The position numbers and the translations under genes were made by a program. Positions 1 through 11,990 of a stretch of DNA of 64,000 bases are shown piece after piece. A model generated the notes under the pieces. The model was not told the origin of the DNA and searched no databases. It saw only the letters and a program-made list of their open reading frames with translations. Numbering within the stretch: the stretch's first letter is position 1; every line of letters begins with the position of its first letter. The stretch is from Flectonema sp. DT1601. Taxonomy: Eukaryota. Location: the NCBI GenBank assembly GCA_964019425.1, contig OZ025795.1, positions 806,001 to 870,000 on the forward strand, read 5' to 3'.

Positions 1-354
1 TTGAACAGCTCTGGTTTCCAACAGCGACTTCGATACGATGACATCGCGAGGTACTGAAGATGCTGGTGAGTGTGCTAACTTCGGGGGAGGAGGTAGCTCA
101 GTCGATTGAACGTTGCAATCGTAAGTTGCGTTTTGAAGTTTTTTTTCAATAGTTCTCAGACTTCGTTTTTGGATTTCAAGTGCCGGCGGATCTCTCAGTT
201 CAAAAGTTAACTTCTCTATCGCAGACTCCACAATACCTTCTTCAAGGATTCCCCTTTCTGGAATCATATCAAGAACACCATTACTAACTCGATCATCGAA
301 TCCTTCTCGTAGCCTTGCGAGGATTTCTACTACTCCTTCGTCCTGATCAGACAT
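1..354 (-). CDS. Hypothetical protein, 3'-partial (runs off the window start)
   Basis: ATG at 354 opens a stop-free 118-codon frame to position 1 (MSDQDEGVVEILARLREGFDDRV...ELPPPPKLAHSP...). Same strand as all neighbours. No recognisable domain. Confidence 0.55.
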   Translation of the reverse strand, partial: MSDQDEGVVEILARLREGFDDRVSNGVLDMIPERGILEEGIVESAIEKLTFELRDPPALEIQKRSLRTIEKKLQNATYDCNVQSTELPPPPKLAHSPASSVPRDVIVSKSLLETRAVQ

Positions 355-731
355 TCAACTCATTACGTCATTCACTGTGTCAGGGAGGGTTGTGTTTTCT
401 ATTGGAAATAATAATACAAAACAATTGAAATAACATTTACAACAAATCCTTAACAATGTAATTGTGATCTGTTGTGAACAGTGTGAAATAATGTTACTCG
501 AACATGTCTGTTGTGGTTTCTTGAACTCACCCGGCAGACTCAGCTGCGAAGTGGGAGTGCTATGATACTATTGCACATTCGGACGTAGCGTTTTTGAGAC
601 AAGACAACAAACAGTAGTTTCACATAGTACAGAATAAAGAAACCAAATGAACGAACGGATGATATAAATTATGAAAATAATGCATCGAATACTACGTACT
701 CAGGCACAAGAGATGATCATCATAGACAACA

Positions 732-1859
732 CTATGCCCATACGGTAGGAGTTACGTCGCTTGCTCTGTTGTCTCCTGGTAATGCTTTTAGCATTAGGCT
801 TGCTATTGTTTCGGCTTTCTTTCGATCACCTACTTTATTATAAAGTGATAATAGCTCACGATAAACTTCTCTGTGATCGACATTGTCTCGTCTTGCTTGT
901 TCCAACCCAGCTTCAGCTAGAGCTATACTGCGAGCGTCAACCTTTATTCCACCCCTACATTCTAACTTACAAGCCCTAATAAATATACAATATGTAACAA
1001 AGTCTGGAGCTGTTCCTATTTCACGAAGTTTATTATAAATCAGAGCAATTGCATTCATGTCTAAAGGTTTGAGGTGGAGACGCATGACTTGATTAAAGAC
1101 AGTTGAGGACGGAGTCAGACCCTCATTTATTGATTCAGTTAATATTTGCATACCAGCCTTTGGATCGCCAGCCTTGATGCAAGTTTTTAGAAGTGCTGCG
1201 AATGTTTCATCGTTGTATTGAATGTTTCTTTCATTCATTTCCTCAAATACTTTCCTTGCTGCAGGGTAGTTATTACATGCTTGAATAGCCCAATGATAAG
1301 ACATTCGATCTGGTTGTAGTCCTGAAGATTTCATCGCTTCTAACACACTTAACGCATATGACTGTTCTCCTCTTTTTGCGAATCCCATTAGAAGATAATT
1401 ATAGGCCTGCTTAGTTACTGCCCAACCACCATCTTTCATTTCTGCTAATACTTGACGGATTCCTTGAAGATCTCCTACCATAGCATGCCCTTTCATTAAT
1501 TCCTCGTACGGTTCAGAGCAGTTTAAAATGTCTTTTCGTTTCATCTCTTCGAGGTATGCTCGAGCTTCAATATTTCTTCCCCATCTGGCGAGGAGTGTAA
1601 TTGACTGGATCATTGCTGCAGATCCGCAGGTATATCCAGCATCTGATAATCTTGTTATCTCACTTTTTAACGCAGCCGCTAATGCCGCACTCCTCTGCTG
1701 ACCAACTCTAACGTGCTGAACAGTTCCTAGTGTCCATCTTAAAAAATCAGCAACGTCTCTGTCACTCATTCCATCAGGAAACTTCCTTGGTCCCAAATCA
1801 AACGACGAAGGAGCGTATCCCCAACTCCCCCATCGACGCGCGACGACTCTTCGTATCAT
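732..1859 (-). CDS. P-class pentatricopeptide repeat (PPR) protein, probably mitochondrial
   Basis: Tandem ~35-aa PPR motifs (YNYLLMGFAKRGEQSYALSVLEAMKSSGLQPDRMSY; PDFVTYCIFIRAC). N-terminus MIRRVVARRW resembles euglenozoan mitochondrial presequences. Confidence 0.9.
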   Translation of the reverse strand: MIRRVVARRWGSWGYAPSSFDLGPRKFPDGMSDRDVADFLRWTLGTVQHVRVGQQRSAALAAALKSEITRLSDAGYTCGSAAMIQSITLLARWGRNIEARAYLEEMKRKDILNCSEPYEELMKGHAMVGDLQGIRQVLAEMKDGGWAVTKQAYNYLLMGFAKRGEQSYALSVLEAMKSSGLQPDRMSYHWAIQACNNYPAARKVFEEMNERNIQYNDETFAALLKTCIKAGDPKAGMQILTESINEGLTPSSTVFNQVMRLHLKPLDMNAIALIYNKLREIGTAPDFVTYCIFIRACKLECRGGIKVDARSIALAEAGLEQARRDNVDHREVYRELLSLYNKVGDRKKAETIASLMLKALPGDNRASDVTPTVWA

Positions 1860-2840
1860 GTGATTCTATTTTATTAGGAATGAAGGATTGGATTTATTAC
1901 GAATGATATCGGAGGTTGTTTGTTATTTTTTATTTTTCAACGGGTTCGTCATAAAAGTCTAATGACCTGTTTAAAACGGGGAGGGCGAAAAGATTTTTTC
2001 AGAAAAAAGAAGGGGGAAAAAAAACTGCCACTACTACAGAATCTACTAAGTTTCGTGTCTCGCATATCAAAAATCAACTCAAGGTAGGCACTAACAAGTC
2101 ACCAAGTACTACTGCGGTAATACCTTGAGAGGTTATAGAAAGACAGAGTTTCTTTTTTGTATTTTTTTCTTTTTTTTTTTTCGTTTTTTTCGTTCTTTAC
2201 CATATGAATGGATTTTTATTTCAAAAAAAATAGTGATCAACCTTACCTGATAATTCTGATCGGGCAACCGTAACATTATTCGGAAAAAAAAAAAAAAAAA
2301 AAAAAAAACGATAACATGTTTGTAAGATTCCAACACTTTCTTTTAAAGGAAGACAACAACTTTTTTTTTTTTTTTTTTTTTTGTCATTGCCAATAAATGG
2401 TAACTTGGCATCCTTGAGAAGAAAAGACTTGAAATCCTCAATAGATCTACTAGTTTCAAACAGAATACGAGTTGCGTACACTAAATGAAAAACATAGCGA
2501 AAAGAAAACGTTTTTTTTTTTGAAAAAAAAAGAAGGGGATGAAGTGAATGATAACTCACACTAATGAACAAACAAACCGAGTACACAGCGCGCGAAACAG
2601 GAAAAAAATAAAATCCCTTAGCGCCGCAATTCCTTTTCTCGGTTTAGAAAATGAAAAAAAAATTAAAAAAAAAAAATAACCGTCGAGTAAGGGGCTGCAT
2701 TGGCATTTTTTTTTTTTTCTTTTAACCTCTCGCACTCAAAAGCAATATTTTAATTTTCTCGTTTTGTATGTTTGTAGACACCAGTAATAAATAGCAAACA
2801 ATGTAGCTACGTGAGTTATATTAGTGGGTTGTGTATTTAT

Positions 2841-3845
2841 TTATTTTGCTTTACGGTGAGTGTCGAAGGCAGACATAGTGTTAGAAAGAAGCATAGCAAC
2901 AGTCATTGGGCCTACACCACCAGGAACAGGAGTGATGAAACCGGCATTTTGTTTTGCAACTTCAAAGTCGACGTCGCCTACTAATTTTCCATCAACGCGA
3001 TTGATTCCAATATCAATTACAATCGCACCTGGTTTAATCCATTCTCCTTTAACTAACCCAGGCTTACCAGCAGCAACAATTACACACTCAGCTCTTCTAA
3101 CATGAGCTTCTAAGTCTCTTGTGAATCTGTGAGCCATTTGACAACTCGCTCCATTTAACAATAATTCCAACATCATAGGACGCCCAACATGATTAGATGC
3201 TCCCACAACAAGACACTCTAACCCATAAGGGTTAACTCCAGTACTCCAAATCAGTTGCATAACACCCCAAGGTGTACATGGTCTAAGTGTTGGAGTTCTG
3301 CTTACCAGATTTCCAATGTTGGTTGGGTGGAACCCATCAACATCTTTGTCAGGTTTTATCTTTTGAATGACTTCACTTACAGATCCTTGAAGGTCTCCAG
3401 GGAGTGGGAGTTGAACGAGAATTCCATCACAATTCTCATCATCATTTAATCTATCGATTTCAGACAATAGTTTTTCTAACGTTGTTTCAGAAGGAAGATT
3501 CAACAGAGTGCTATTGATACCAACTTCCTTACAAGCTCTTTCCTTCTGTCTGATGTATACTTTTGAAGCTCCGTTGTCTCCAACGAGGATAACGGTCAGC
3601 CCAGGAGCTCTCTTTTCGAATCGCTCGTCTGCCATTTTCGCTTCGAGATCCTTCTTGACTCGGGTTCTGATTTCTGCGGAAATCGTCTTTCCACAAATTA
3701 TTTTTCCCTTTTCACCATTAGCATCGATACCCTTTAATTCACAGTGGTTCTTTGGTTCGTAATATTTTGAGAACTCCGAGTAGGACTCAACCTTTGCTCT
3801 CTTTAGCTCCACCTGCTCACCGTCACTTGGTCTTTTGTCAGTCAT
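2841..3845 (-). CDS. folD: Bifunctional methylenetetrahydrofolate dehydrogenase/cyclohydrolase
   Basis: Motifs [61 protein letters not shown]. First ATG is at 3845 (the ORF-track start at 3887 is TTG). Confidence 0.96.
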   Translation of the reverse strand: MTDKRPSDGEQVELKRAKVESYSEFSKYYEPKNHCELKGIDANGEKGKIICGKTISAEIRTRVKKDLEAKMADERFEKRAPGLTVILVGDNGASKVYIRQKERACKEVGINSTLLNLPSETTLEKLLSEIDRLNDDENCDGILVQLPLPGDLQGSVSEVIQKIKPDKDVDGFHPTNIGNLVSRTPTLRPCTPWGVMQLIWSTGVNPYGLECLVVGASNHVGRPMMLELLLNGASCQMAHRFTRDLEAHVRRAECVIVAAGKPGLVKGEWIKPGAIVIDIGINRVDGKLVGDVDFEVAKQNAGFITPVPGGVGPMTVAMLLSNTMSAFDTHRKAK

Positions 3846-4545
3846 TTCTATGTTACTGTGAGGAGGGGATACAATACCGTAATACAATGATACTATTGTT
3901 TTTGTATTAATTATTTATTAGTATCTTTGATATGAGTACATGGTTATCTACTACCTAACAGAAAACAATAAGTTAAAACTGAAATAGACATACACACATA
4001 CTAGCAGTCAAGAGGGAAACATAAAGAGAAACCATCGGTGCGCCGCAGAGAGAAAGGCTTTCATGCGTCACTCATTCGCTTTCTTTCACGATTTTTTTTC
4101 TTTTTTAATAATTCTGTTTTTCTTTTCACTTAAGTACCAGTTATTCTAAACTCGGATTTTTTTTTTTTTTTTTTTTTTTTTTCGAAAGGGGAAAGTGTAA
4201 ACGAAACAACTACAGAATAGCCACACAAGAACATTCCTAAAGACGTTCCCACCGAATGAGTTAAGAAAAACAGTTTCAGCGAATCACATCAGAAGAATTG
4301 GACAAGTGTGTACAAGCGATAATTCACTTACTTATTTCTTTCCATTGCTATCATTCGCAATATGTTTTTTTTTTTTTTTGTGATTCCTTGCACTTTCGCC
4401 AATGACTGCTCTTCGAACACAGCTTTGTCCTCTAGTGGGAGGGGTGCCCACTAACAAGAGCCAAAATTTAGATAATCAAGACAAGATGACTCAAATCCAA
4501 TATAACAACACCCACATACTATCAACATCTGGTGGAGAGAAAATA

Positions 4546-4581
<36 letters not shown>

Positions 4582-6063
4582 GAGGAAAAAAAGAACTAGG
4601 AGATATATAATATGCAAAAGATGAAAGGAAAAACAAAAAGGCGCTTACCGAGCAACTAAATGGCCAAACTAAAGTAGCTGATGAACGAATACGTGTTAGG
4701 TGAGAGGAATCAAAAACCAATCCTCATTTCCGTATTCTTAATACCCAATATAGTAAGTGAGATTGCTTTACTCTTTTTCAGTTTCCATTTTTTTTTGTTT
4801 TAAATATACAGTGATTCGTTGTGATTTATCCGAACCCGAAATAGTTGCTTAAGGAAGAAAATGAAAAAGGAGGGGGAAAAAATATTTTAATAAGGTACCT
4901 GTCTTGGTAAAAACATGCTAATGCCGACTGAGCATAAGTAACATTTTTACACATTAGTCACGATGTCTTAATTTAGACTACCCGACATTACGGATAGGGA
5001 AAAGAAATCGAAAGAAGAAATAATAAATATATAAAAAAAAAAACGCTATAAAAGGGAAAGAGTTTTCTTTTTTTTTTTCTTCTCAATTTTTCTTTTTTCC
5101 TTTCCCTTCCCCCCGAGTTTTCGCATTAGTATTATGCCGTTTTTTAAAAAAAAAAAAAATGCCAGACGAGAATTTCTTAAACTGAAAGTGGAAGGGGAGA
5201 AGCGGGAAGGAAAGACTTACAAAACTGATATGTAAAATTTTCTTTTTTTGGATTTCATTCTCGCTTCTTTTTTTTTTCTTTTTTTTTTTTTTTCTCATTT
5301 CTCGGCGCAAAGATCCAGACCTAAGAATAAGCCTTGGCTTCGCTAGCCAGAATTAATAAAAAACTAAAATAATAAAAAAAAAAAACTACACATTTTAATT
5401 GTGATAAAAAAAGAGATGAGCAACAGCCACTCAACTGCAGAACGTACAGGGGATGAGAAAACAAAAGTGGAGGGAAAAGAAACGTAGAAGGGAAAAAAAA
5501 AAAAAAAAAAAAAAGACGCAATATAACATTACTTATTCTTCTCTGACTATGTGACAGGCTGCAATACTAAAGAGAGATCGACTCTTTTCAGACAGTTACT
5601 TTGCACTTTTCCTAACCTCCTACAAAGAGTCTATGATTAGGCAGCGACTGTCAGCTATTACGGTCGATGAGGGGTCATAAAAAAGCGAAGAAACAAGGGA
5701 ATGGTATAGGGTTAACTGTTGGAGCATATTTATAATGATATAAATATATTGTATTGCATCAAAGTAAGTTAAATGAACATTAGTAATTTATGATACAGTG
5801 ATTTATGGTGTTGTTAGGGGGAGTGTGAAAAAAGTGTCCTATTACGCTAAACAATACGATTTCTGACTACTATAGGGGTACTCAAGACCTAACTAAAATC
5901 GAACATAACATCCAACATAAGACTACCTCACCTGTAGATCCCCTATTGAGGAAGATGATGTCGTAACACACAACAACACACCTCTTCTAACTATGTAGTA
6001 AGTAGTTTGAGAATCCGATATGACATAACAGCTATAATCCCATCATATCATTTGATAGGCAGG

Positions 6064-7717
6064 CTAGGTAGGAAGAACAGCCACCGCCTCTGACTGTTCA
6101 GGGGGTGGTGTCACAGTAGTAGGTTCATTTGATTTTTGTACTCTCAAATCAGTTAGCGCTCCAAGCATAGGCCACAACAAGAATGGCATTGCCGCCTGCA
6201 GCATTGGCTGAATAGATTTTGAACTCCCAAACGGGCTTCCCTGCGGCCAACCAGGCAACTGCTTTGGTACTTTAGGCTTCCCTGGAGGTTTTAAACAGGA
6301 CTTCCCTCTCGGTGATTTCGGTTGTTCGTCTTGTTTTGCTGGTGGAGGATGATCATCATAAGTGGCTGGTATTGTTATTCTTTCTTCTGAACTACCACTG
6401 CTAAAGACATCTTGACTCTCTTCGTTAGTACTTCCCTCAGCACTTCCCCAACTACCTGGGTGGTTGTCGACTTGCAGTTGTTCCTGTTTGTGCGATTTTA
6501 GAGTTTGTTAAGTTCGCGATATCTTTTAGTTAAGTACACAAGACAGTAAAGGCATACTATTTCAAGTTCCCTTCTTGACGAAGCCAGAGCTGCTTGGATC
6601 CAGAGTTTCGTGTGAAGTGTCTGTTTGTAGTAGAAGTGAGATTTTGTTACTAAGAAGGAAATGTTGAAAAGGATTCAAAAAAGAGAGAAGTTATACACAC
6701 CTCTAAATTTGATACTGCAGCGTCTTCTTGGAATTGAATTTGGTGTCGATTTTCTGACTCGTTCCTCAGAGTGCGAAGGATATCATTTTGAATTGGGTTT
6801 TCTAACCAACCACAAGAAGGTGGTGGAATAGGTGGCCCTCCATACATCATTGGAAGATTTTGTCGAAATCTCCCAGCTGGAGCACTGTTTGGTGCATCGT
6901 GTCGAGGTGGACAAGGCTTCCTCACACCTCCAATATCTTGAGATAGCAATAGCGGCATATGTGGTGCTGATGGAGGTCTTGATCGCAATCTCTGAAATGA
7001 AAGCTGTTTACTTTCAACAGACAAGTCAGCTTCAATACTATTTCTTGCTTTGAGTTCTTGAATAACAAGAGCACCAATAACTGATGAATGTTGGTGGTCG
7101 AGTAGGAGAGAGCGACGAGACTTCTTTTCTTCGATTGCAACGTTTCGATATGCAGACAGGAACTCCGACTCAATTAAATTAGAAGAAGCTCCAAAATAAT
7201 CGGAAGCAACAGAAACACTCGTATCTGAGAAGATACCAGTTTGTGGTGGTGACACTGTATCTTGAAGTGCTGTAGTATAAGAATGTGTTGAAGAGTTCTC
7301 TGTAACACCCGTAAAGAATGCATCTCTTGGTAACGGAGTGGTATCAGATTCTAAAAGGTCCCATTCTCTATGAGCGAGAGGTCTTCTTCTTCTTCTCGGA
7401 ACTGTTGATACTTCCGGTAGAAGTCGAACAGCACTTTTATCACCAAAATATTGTATATTAACTTTACAACTCTTTTTCGATAATGATGCATCTTCCGTAA
7501 AGCTACCGTACGTAAGTTTGGTTATCGCACATTTATCAGATTCTTGATCTACGTATGTCATTCTAATCTCTTGAGGATCACACTCATGAACTCCTAAAGT
7601 ATCCCTCGTGATTTCTTTAACTTGTTGAATGAAACCATTCCAATTACTCGGTAAAGGAATCTTACAACACCCATCAGCTTTCCTTCCATACCCAGAAACA
7701 CAAAGAAGAATTTTCAT
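6064..7717 (-). CDS. Three-exon gene (7717-6701, 6620-6558, 6483-6064), ~499 aa, N-terminal PB1-like domain then low-complexity region
   Basis: Removing two GT-AG introns joins ORF 6650..7717 in frame through TLHTKLWIQAALASSRRELEI to EQLQVDNH...LPGWPQG (ORF 6064..6258). IRMTYVDQESDKCAIT resembles the PB1 acidic OPCA motif. Confidence 0.72.
6484..6557 (-). other. Spliceosomal intron (74 nt, phase 0)
   Basis: GTATGC...GCACAAACAG; contains an in-frame stop and its removal restores the frame. Confidence 0.75.
6621..6700 (-). other. Spliceosomal intron (80 nt, phase 0)
   Basis: GAG|GTGTGT...CTACAAACAG|ACA; its removal restores the frame. Confidence 0.7.
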
Positions 7718-7990
7718 GTTTCGGTACTCATTATATTAAATAATTCAAAAAATTATAATTTTTTTTTTTTGTTTTTTTTTTATAAAAAACGCAAATTACG
7801 TCGTTCTGAAGAGGGGGGAAAGACTGTTTGATTAGGTTCATACGAATATAAATCTCTGTATTGTATCAGAGCTCAATAATAAAATTAAAAAAACTCATGA
7901 CACAAGTGACTAAAATGTTAATACAATCGATATATCTCTTGCTTCTATTACAGAAGTAAATTTAATCATAACTTGACTATGTCGTTCTAA

Positions 7991-8086
7991 AGGGGGACTT
8001 GGATAAATAAATCAAGGTTAACACGCAACAAATTAGACATGAATCATTATAACTGGATTCTGTCCACACGAAGGGGGAGGGCATGC
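7991..8086 (+). repeat. Dispersed short element, family C (copy 1)
   Basis: GGGGGACTTGGATAAATAAATCAAGGTTAACACGCAACAAATTAGACATGAATCATTATAACTGGATTCTGTCCACAC is near-identical to the reverse complement of 13252-13332. Confidence 0.85.
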
Positions 8087-8169
8087 TCTGTTTTGAAATC
8101 CTGAATAAGTAAAAAAGAGAATCTATGCCTGAAATCCAACGAGTAACAAACAAGAAACGCGCTACACGA

Positions 8170-8574
8170 TTAAGCGCAACCATAGGAGTTACATTCCCAC
8201 TCTAACTTGGTTGGTATCACAGGAAAGTCGCTAAATGCGACACCCTGAAACTGCTGTTCGTTTTCAATATCTGATTTAAAGAACACAACGCAGTCAATAA
8301 CCTGTTTTGGTAATCCACGAGTGATGTCTTCTGCTGCAATCGCAAAGTGAATTTCAAAATCTTCTCCGTTCGCTGAGGTTTTATAAAATTCTTTTTTATC
8401 ATCAACAGTGACATCGATTCCGTCATATTTTTCATCCAACTCGACCAATCCTTTCAGAGCGTATGCTGATGCTGCTTTTGCTACTTCAGTATCAGAACTG
8501 ATGTAGTCTTTCTTTATCTCAGTCCACTCATATCCAGAAGTGATGAATGCCAACAGCAGAGCAATGGGTAGCAT
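8170..8574 (-). CDS. Small secreted protein (134 aa), possible cystatin-like fold
   Basis: Likely start at ATG 8574 gives signal peptide MLPIALLLAFITSG. DTEVAKAASAYA helix followed by a ANGEDFEIHF strand is loosely cystatin-like, but the QxVxG motif is absent. Confidence 0.6.
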   Translation of the reverse strand: MLPIALLLAFITSGYEWTEIKKDYISSDTEVAKAASAYALKGLVELDEKYDGIDVTVDDKKEFYKTSANGEDFEIHFAIAAEDITRGLPKQVIDCVVFFKSDIENEQQFQGVAFSDFPVIPTKLEWECNSYGCA

Positions 8575-8659
8575 GTGTATGGGTTTGCTGTTTAATTCAT
8601 TCTGTGAAAAGAGATAGATAACATAAGCAGAAGACTTTCTGATAGAAAGAGACAGGCTA

Positions 8660-9787
8660 TTATGCATTGCGAATCTTTTGTAAGTTTTCCCTTTTTACTT
8701 CTCTACACCTTGTTAAATTCCACTGAACTTTGTTTTGGATTGTGGGAAATTGACTTCTTATTTTTACAGCAATTTTCTCAAAAGATTCTTCGTCACCCGC
8801 TTCTGCGTAGACTCGAAGCATAGCCGTCCAGACTAGGGGGCTCTTGTTACTTTCTTTTTCGCATATTGCTCGTTTGAAAATGTCTTCTGCAACGGGGACG
8901 TCCGGGGGGATAGCAAAACGACAAGCATTAAGCAGAGCAGTATACGTTATGAAAGATGGACGAATCCCACGTTGAGACATGTTTTCGAAGACTTCAAGAG
9001 CCTTTGAAACTTGACCAACCTGAGCGTACGCCGATATCAGTATCGAGTATTGTTGAACACCCGGTCGGATACTTGTTTTCAACATGTCATCGAAGTGTGT
9101 TTTCGCCTCGTCAACTAATTTATGAAATGCTGCTTTTTTTATAATGGTAGTGAAGAGACGAGGATCACAAAAACCGGCTTCTTTCGCTTCATTAAATTTA
9201 AGTAACGCATGTTTGTATGTTTGGCAATTGGAAATATACTCCGAGTATAACGTGGCTGTCGGAATTATATCGTCTTTAAGCATGCTGTTCCATATATCAC
9301 CTCCCAGTGATTCATTTTCTCTAAGGACGCCTCGTATGAGAGACAAGTATGTGTTTTCAGTAGGTTTAGATCCAGTTTGTAATAAACGCTCATACCAAAC
9401 CATGAGCATCATGTCTTTGTTTCCGGTTCGAACGGTTAGTTTCAACATGTTGTTGATGGTTCCGGAATTCGGTTTTACATTATTTTGTTCCATCATCTTA
9501 ATTATAGTTCTGGCGGTACCAATATCGTTCGCCTTCACACAAAGTTCCACCGCTGCATTGAATAACCCAATCTCTATGTTTATATTTTCTTGTTGCTTTA
9601 TAATTCTAAGACTTTTCGGTAGTGATTTGACACAAACAGTCCTCCGCGACCTCTCTATCGATCCGCTCTTTCCTCTTTGGTTGTGTACACTTGCATATTC
9701 TTCTTGAAGTTTTAATATAGCTTTGTGTTGGGGATGGTTGCTTCGAAGCTGATAATTGCTTCGTAAGATTGAAACTCGTCGAAGCAT
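8660..9787 (-). CDS. P-class PPR protein, probably mitochondrial
   Basis: Clear PPR motifs (YSILISAYAQVGQVSKALEVFENMSQRGIRPSFITYTALLNAC); presequence-like MLRRVSILRS. Confidence 0.92.
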   Translation of the reverse strand: MLRRVSILRSNYQLRSNHPQHKAILKLQEEYASVHNQRGKSGSIERSRRTVCVKSLPKSLRIIKQQENINIEIGLFNAAVELCVKANDIGTARTIIKMMEQNNVKPNSGTINNMLKLTVRTGNKDMMLMVWYERLLQTGSKPTENTYLSLIRGVLRENESLGGDIWNSMLKDDIIPTATLYSEYISNCQTYKHALLKFNEAKEAGFCDPRLFTTIIKKAAFHKLVDEAKTHFDDMLKTSIRPGVQQYSILISAYAQVGQVSKALEVFENMSQRGIRPSFITYTALLNACRFAIPPDVPVAEDIFKRAICEKESNKSPLVWTAMLRVYAEAGDEESFEKIAVKIRSQFPTIQNKVQWNLTRCREVKRENLQKIRNA

Positions 9788-9819
9788 TTTATTCTGGATA
9801 GCTAATTTGTAATAAACAT

Positions 9820-9902
9820 CATTCAGATAAAACCTTCATATTTTGTTGATCGCATAATAAATAAACGGCTCTTAATCTGAATAGTTTCTTCTTAGTCGGT
9901 GC
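9820..9902 (+). mobile_element. Short dispersed element, family A (internally deleted copy)
   Basis: CATTCAGATAA...TTTTGTTGATCGCA...ACGGCTCTTAATCTGAATAGTTTCTT...GTCGGTGC followed by an A-run; matches copies at 11718, 22498, 23385, 44406 and 56167. Confidence 0.75.
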
Positions 9903-10168
9903 AAAAAAACACTTTCCTAATCATGGTTTTTATCCCCCCAATGTAATTCAATATAATAGTTTGTTGTGAAGCATTTTTTCCTGTAGTTTGAAAAAAAAAA
10001 AAAAAAAAAAACTTGTGGAAATTATCAAAAAAAAAAAAAAAAAAAAATCACTCTTTCATCATTCCAATTAAAATATTTTATTTTGCGAACTGGTCGCTCG
10101 ATTGTTTTTCTACAAGTCTTCAGTACGCCAAGTGTTTACTTCTCACAAAGGGATATATTACAATTAGC

Positions 10169-11464
10169 TCAAAGTAGTACTGCAGATGCTCCATGGCTCT
10201 CAATGCATTGATCAATATGCCGTAACAGAGTTTCAATTCGTTTTTGCACTCCCAACGACACCCAAGATAGTAGTTTTCTTGAACTTACAGAAGGCTGAGT
10301 GTGGCTTGTGGGTGCTCCAGGACAAGTGTGAACAAACCTTCCGAGTGCAACACTGTAAAGTCGATTGCCTAATTTGGGATGAGACGGAGCGCGGGAATCC
10401 CAAGTGTTGTAGTTTTCTAACAGGTAATTGATTTGTAAATCAGAGAGTAAGACATCAATCCAAAAATCAGACAACCCACTAGTCCAGATACCAACGAAGG
10501 CTCGCAGTCTGTCAACAGTTTCTCTTCTGAAAGCACAGAACTGTAAGCCGTTTTTCTTGCAATCCTTTGCAACGAATTGTATCGCAGGAGGGCATTCTAA
10601 ATATCCTGACATCTTCACATCACAAACAGATCCTTGATAACCTTCACCAGCATATCCCCATCCATTATCCATTGCAATAACGCGAGTCTTATCGTTGTTA
10701 TAGAACCAATTTTTATCTTTTCTGTCGGGGTTAATAGTCACGTAATCTAATATAAGAACATCACTCACGTCCTTGAGATGATCTTTCTTATTGTCAGGGA
10801 TGTCGGAAGGATTGCCAAATAGTACTTTAAAGTGTTTCTTTATTAAGTTTAGAGCTTCTTCTTTGTGTGCTGTCCATTCTAAAGCGACTCCAAGGAAGGG
10901 TTTCGGTGTTCCAGGGTTGCTTAATAAACCACAGCGATCAGAATGAATGATTTTTTGAAACTCATCAGAAAGTGACAGTTCTACTCCCTTAGCACATGGA
11001 ACAGTACTTGACTTTCCCAATAGGGCTCTAGAGAGGTGAACGAGAGCAATTTCAGTCCAACCTTGTTGGCCATGCCACTTAGCTGCGGGTCTGCATTCAG
11101 GTTTGATCGCAAATTTAGCTCCAGAAGTAGTAACAACTTTATATATTCCGTGATGCAGTGATTCCATTGTTTTTATTTCTCCTGATTCCATTGATTCAAT
11201 ATCACATGTACTGTGTGACATCTCAAATAGATGGTTACCTGATGAACAGGAAATCATTTTCATACCCTTTCTTACAACACATTCACTCGACTTATTGTTA
11301 TTCTTTGTTGGAAGTGTTGTTGTCGGTGTGTTAGTTGGTCGTGTCTTTTGCAGGTCACTTTCAATCGCTTCTCCTCCAAATCGAAGCCCCATGACTGTCC
11401 ATATCCCAACTGCTACGGTCAGTATGGTCACTGCTAGCGCGTACCTCAGTCTGGTTGAGGGCAT
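10169..11464 (-). CDS. Type II membrane secretory-pathway kinase, FAM20/four-jointed-like
   Basis: N-terminal signal anchor, Thr-rich stem, AIKPE lysine, WTEIAL glutamate, catalytic-loop-like DYVTINPDRK and IAMDNG, plus luminal cysteines. Confidence 0.75.
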   Translation of the reverse strand: MPSTRLRYALAVTILTVAVGIWTVMGLRFGGEAIESDLQKTRPTNTPTTTLPTKNNNKSSECVVRKGMKMISCSSGNHLFEMSHSTCDIESMESGEIKTMESLHHGIYKVVTTSGAKFAIKPECRPAAKWHGQQGWTEIALVHLSRALLGKSSTVPCAKGVELSLSDEFQKIIHSDRCGLLSNPGTPKPFLGVALEWTAHKEEALNLIKKHFKVLFGNPSDIPDNKKDHLKDVSDVLILDYVTINPDRKDKNWFYNNDKTRVIAMDNGWGYAGEGYQGSVCDVKMSGYLECPPAIQFVAKDCKKNGLQFCAFRRETVDRLRAFVGIWTSGLSDFWIDVLLSDLQINYLLENYNTWDSRAPSHPKLGNRLYSVALGRFVHTCPGAPTSHTQPSVSSRKLLSWVSLGVQKRIETLLRHIDQCIESHGASAVLL

Positions 11465-11717
11465 CTCTGAAGTTGTTTTCCCTTCTCAGATCATTTTTAT
11501 TGTCATTTTAATGTACGCTGTGATGAGAAAATGTGTTGAGTTGCTGAAAAACAAACTGCTCGCTTTCAATATCCAGTCTGTGGGAGAATTTCAGTTTTTG
11601 TACGTATCTGAAACAGTATTTACTTTTACTTTAATTGTTCGTAAGTCTGCAGTCGGTCATCGGGAACTGGTTTCTCAAATAACAAAAAAAAAAACCACAA
11701 AAAAAAAAAAAAAAAAA

Positions 11718-11839
11718 CTACTAGATAAAAACAAGCCTTATATTTTGTTGATCGCAGACAGTAATACTGACGCAATAGATAACATTTGACAGAAAAAACG
11801 GCTTTCAATCTGAATAGTTTCTTCTCCGACTTCGTCGGT
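11718..11839 (+). mobile_element. Short dispersed element, family A (near full length)
   Basis: Preceded by an A-run; ends TCAATCTGAATAGTTTCTTCT-CCGAC-TTC-GTCGG-T then A-run. Confidence 0.8.
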
Positions 11840-11990
11840 AAAACAAGAAGCGATCGTTCACATTAGGTTCACGTTAGCTACACTAAAGTTGTGAAAGGAC
11901 ACAAGCACGCACATTATTTCTTTTATTGAAAAGGGGCACACTATTCCTCCCTTTCAAAGATTAAATACTTCAGAGAGACAGAATATCAGC

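Noticed and set aside
2133..5521. Short ORFs rich in poly-F/poly-K (also 14886-15179, 47912-48307, 57744-58055)
   Set aside because: Translations of intergenic poly(T)/poly(A) tracts.
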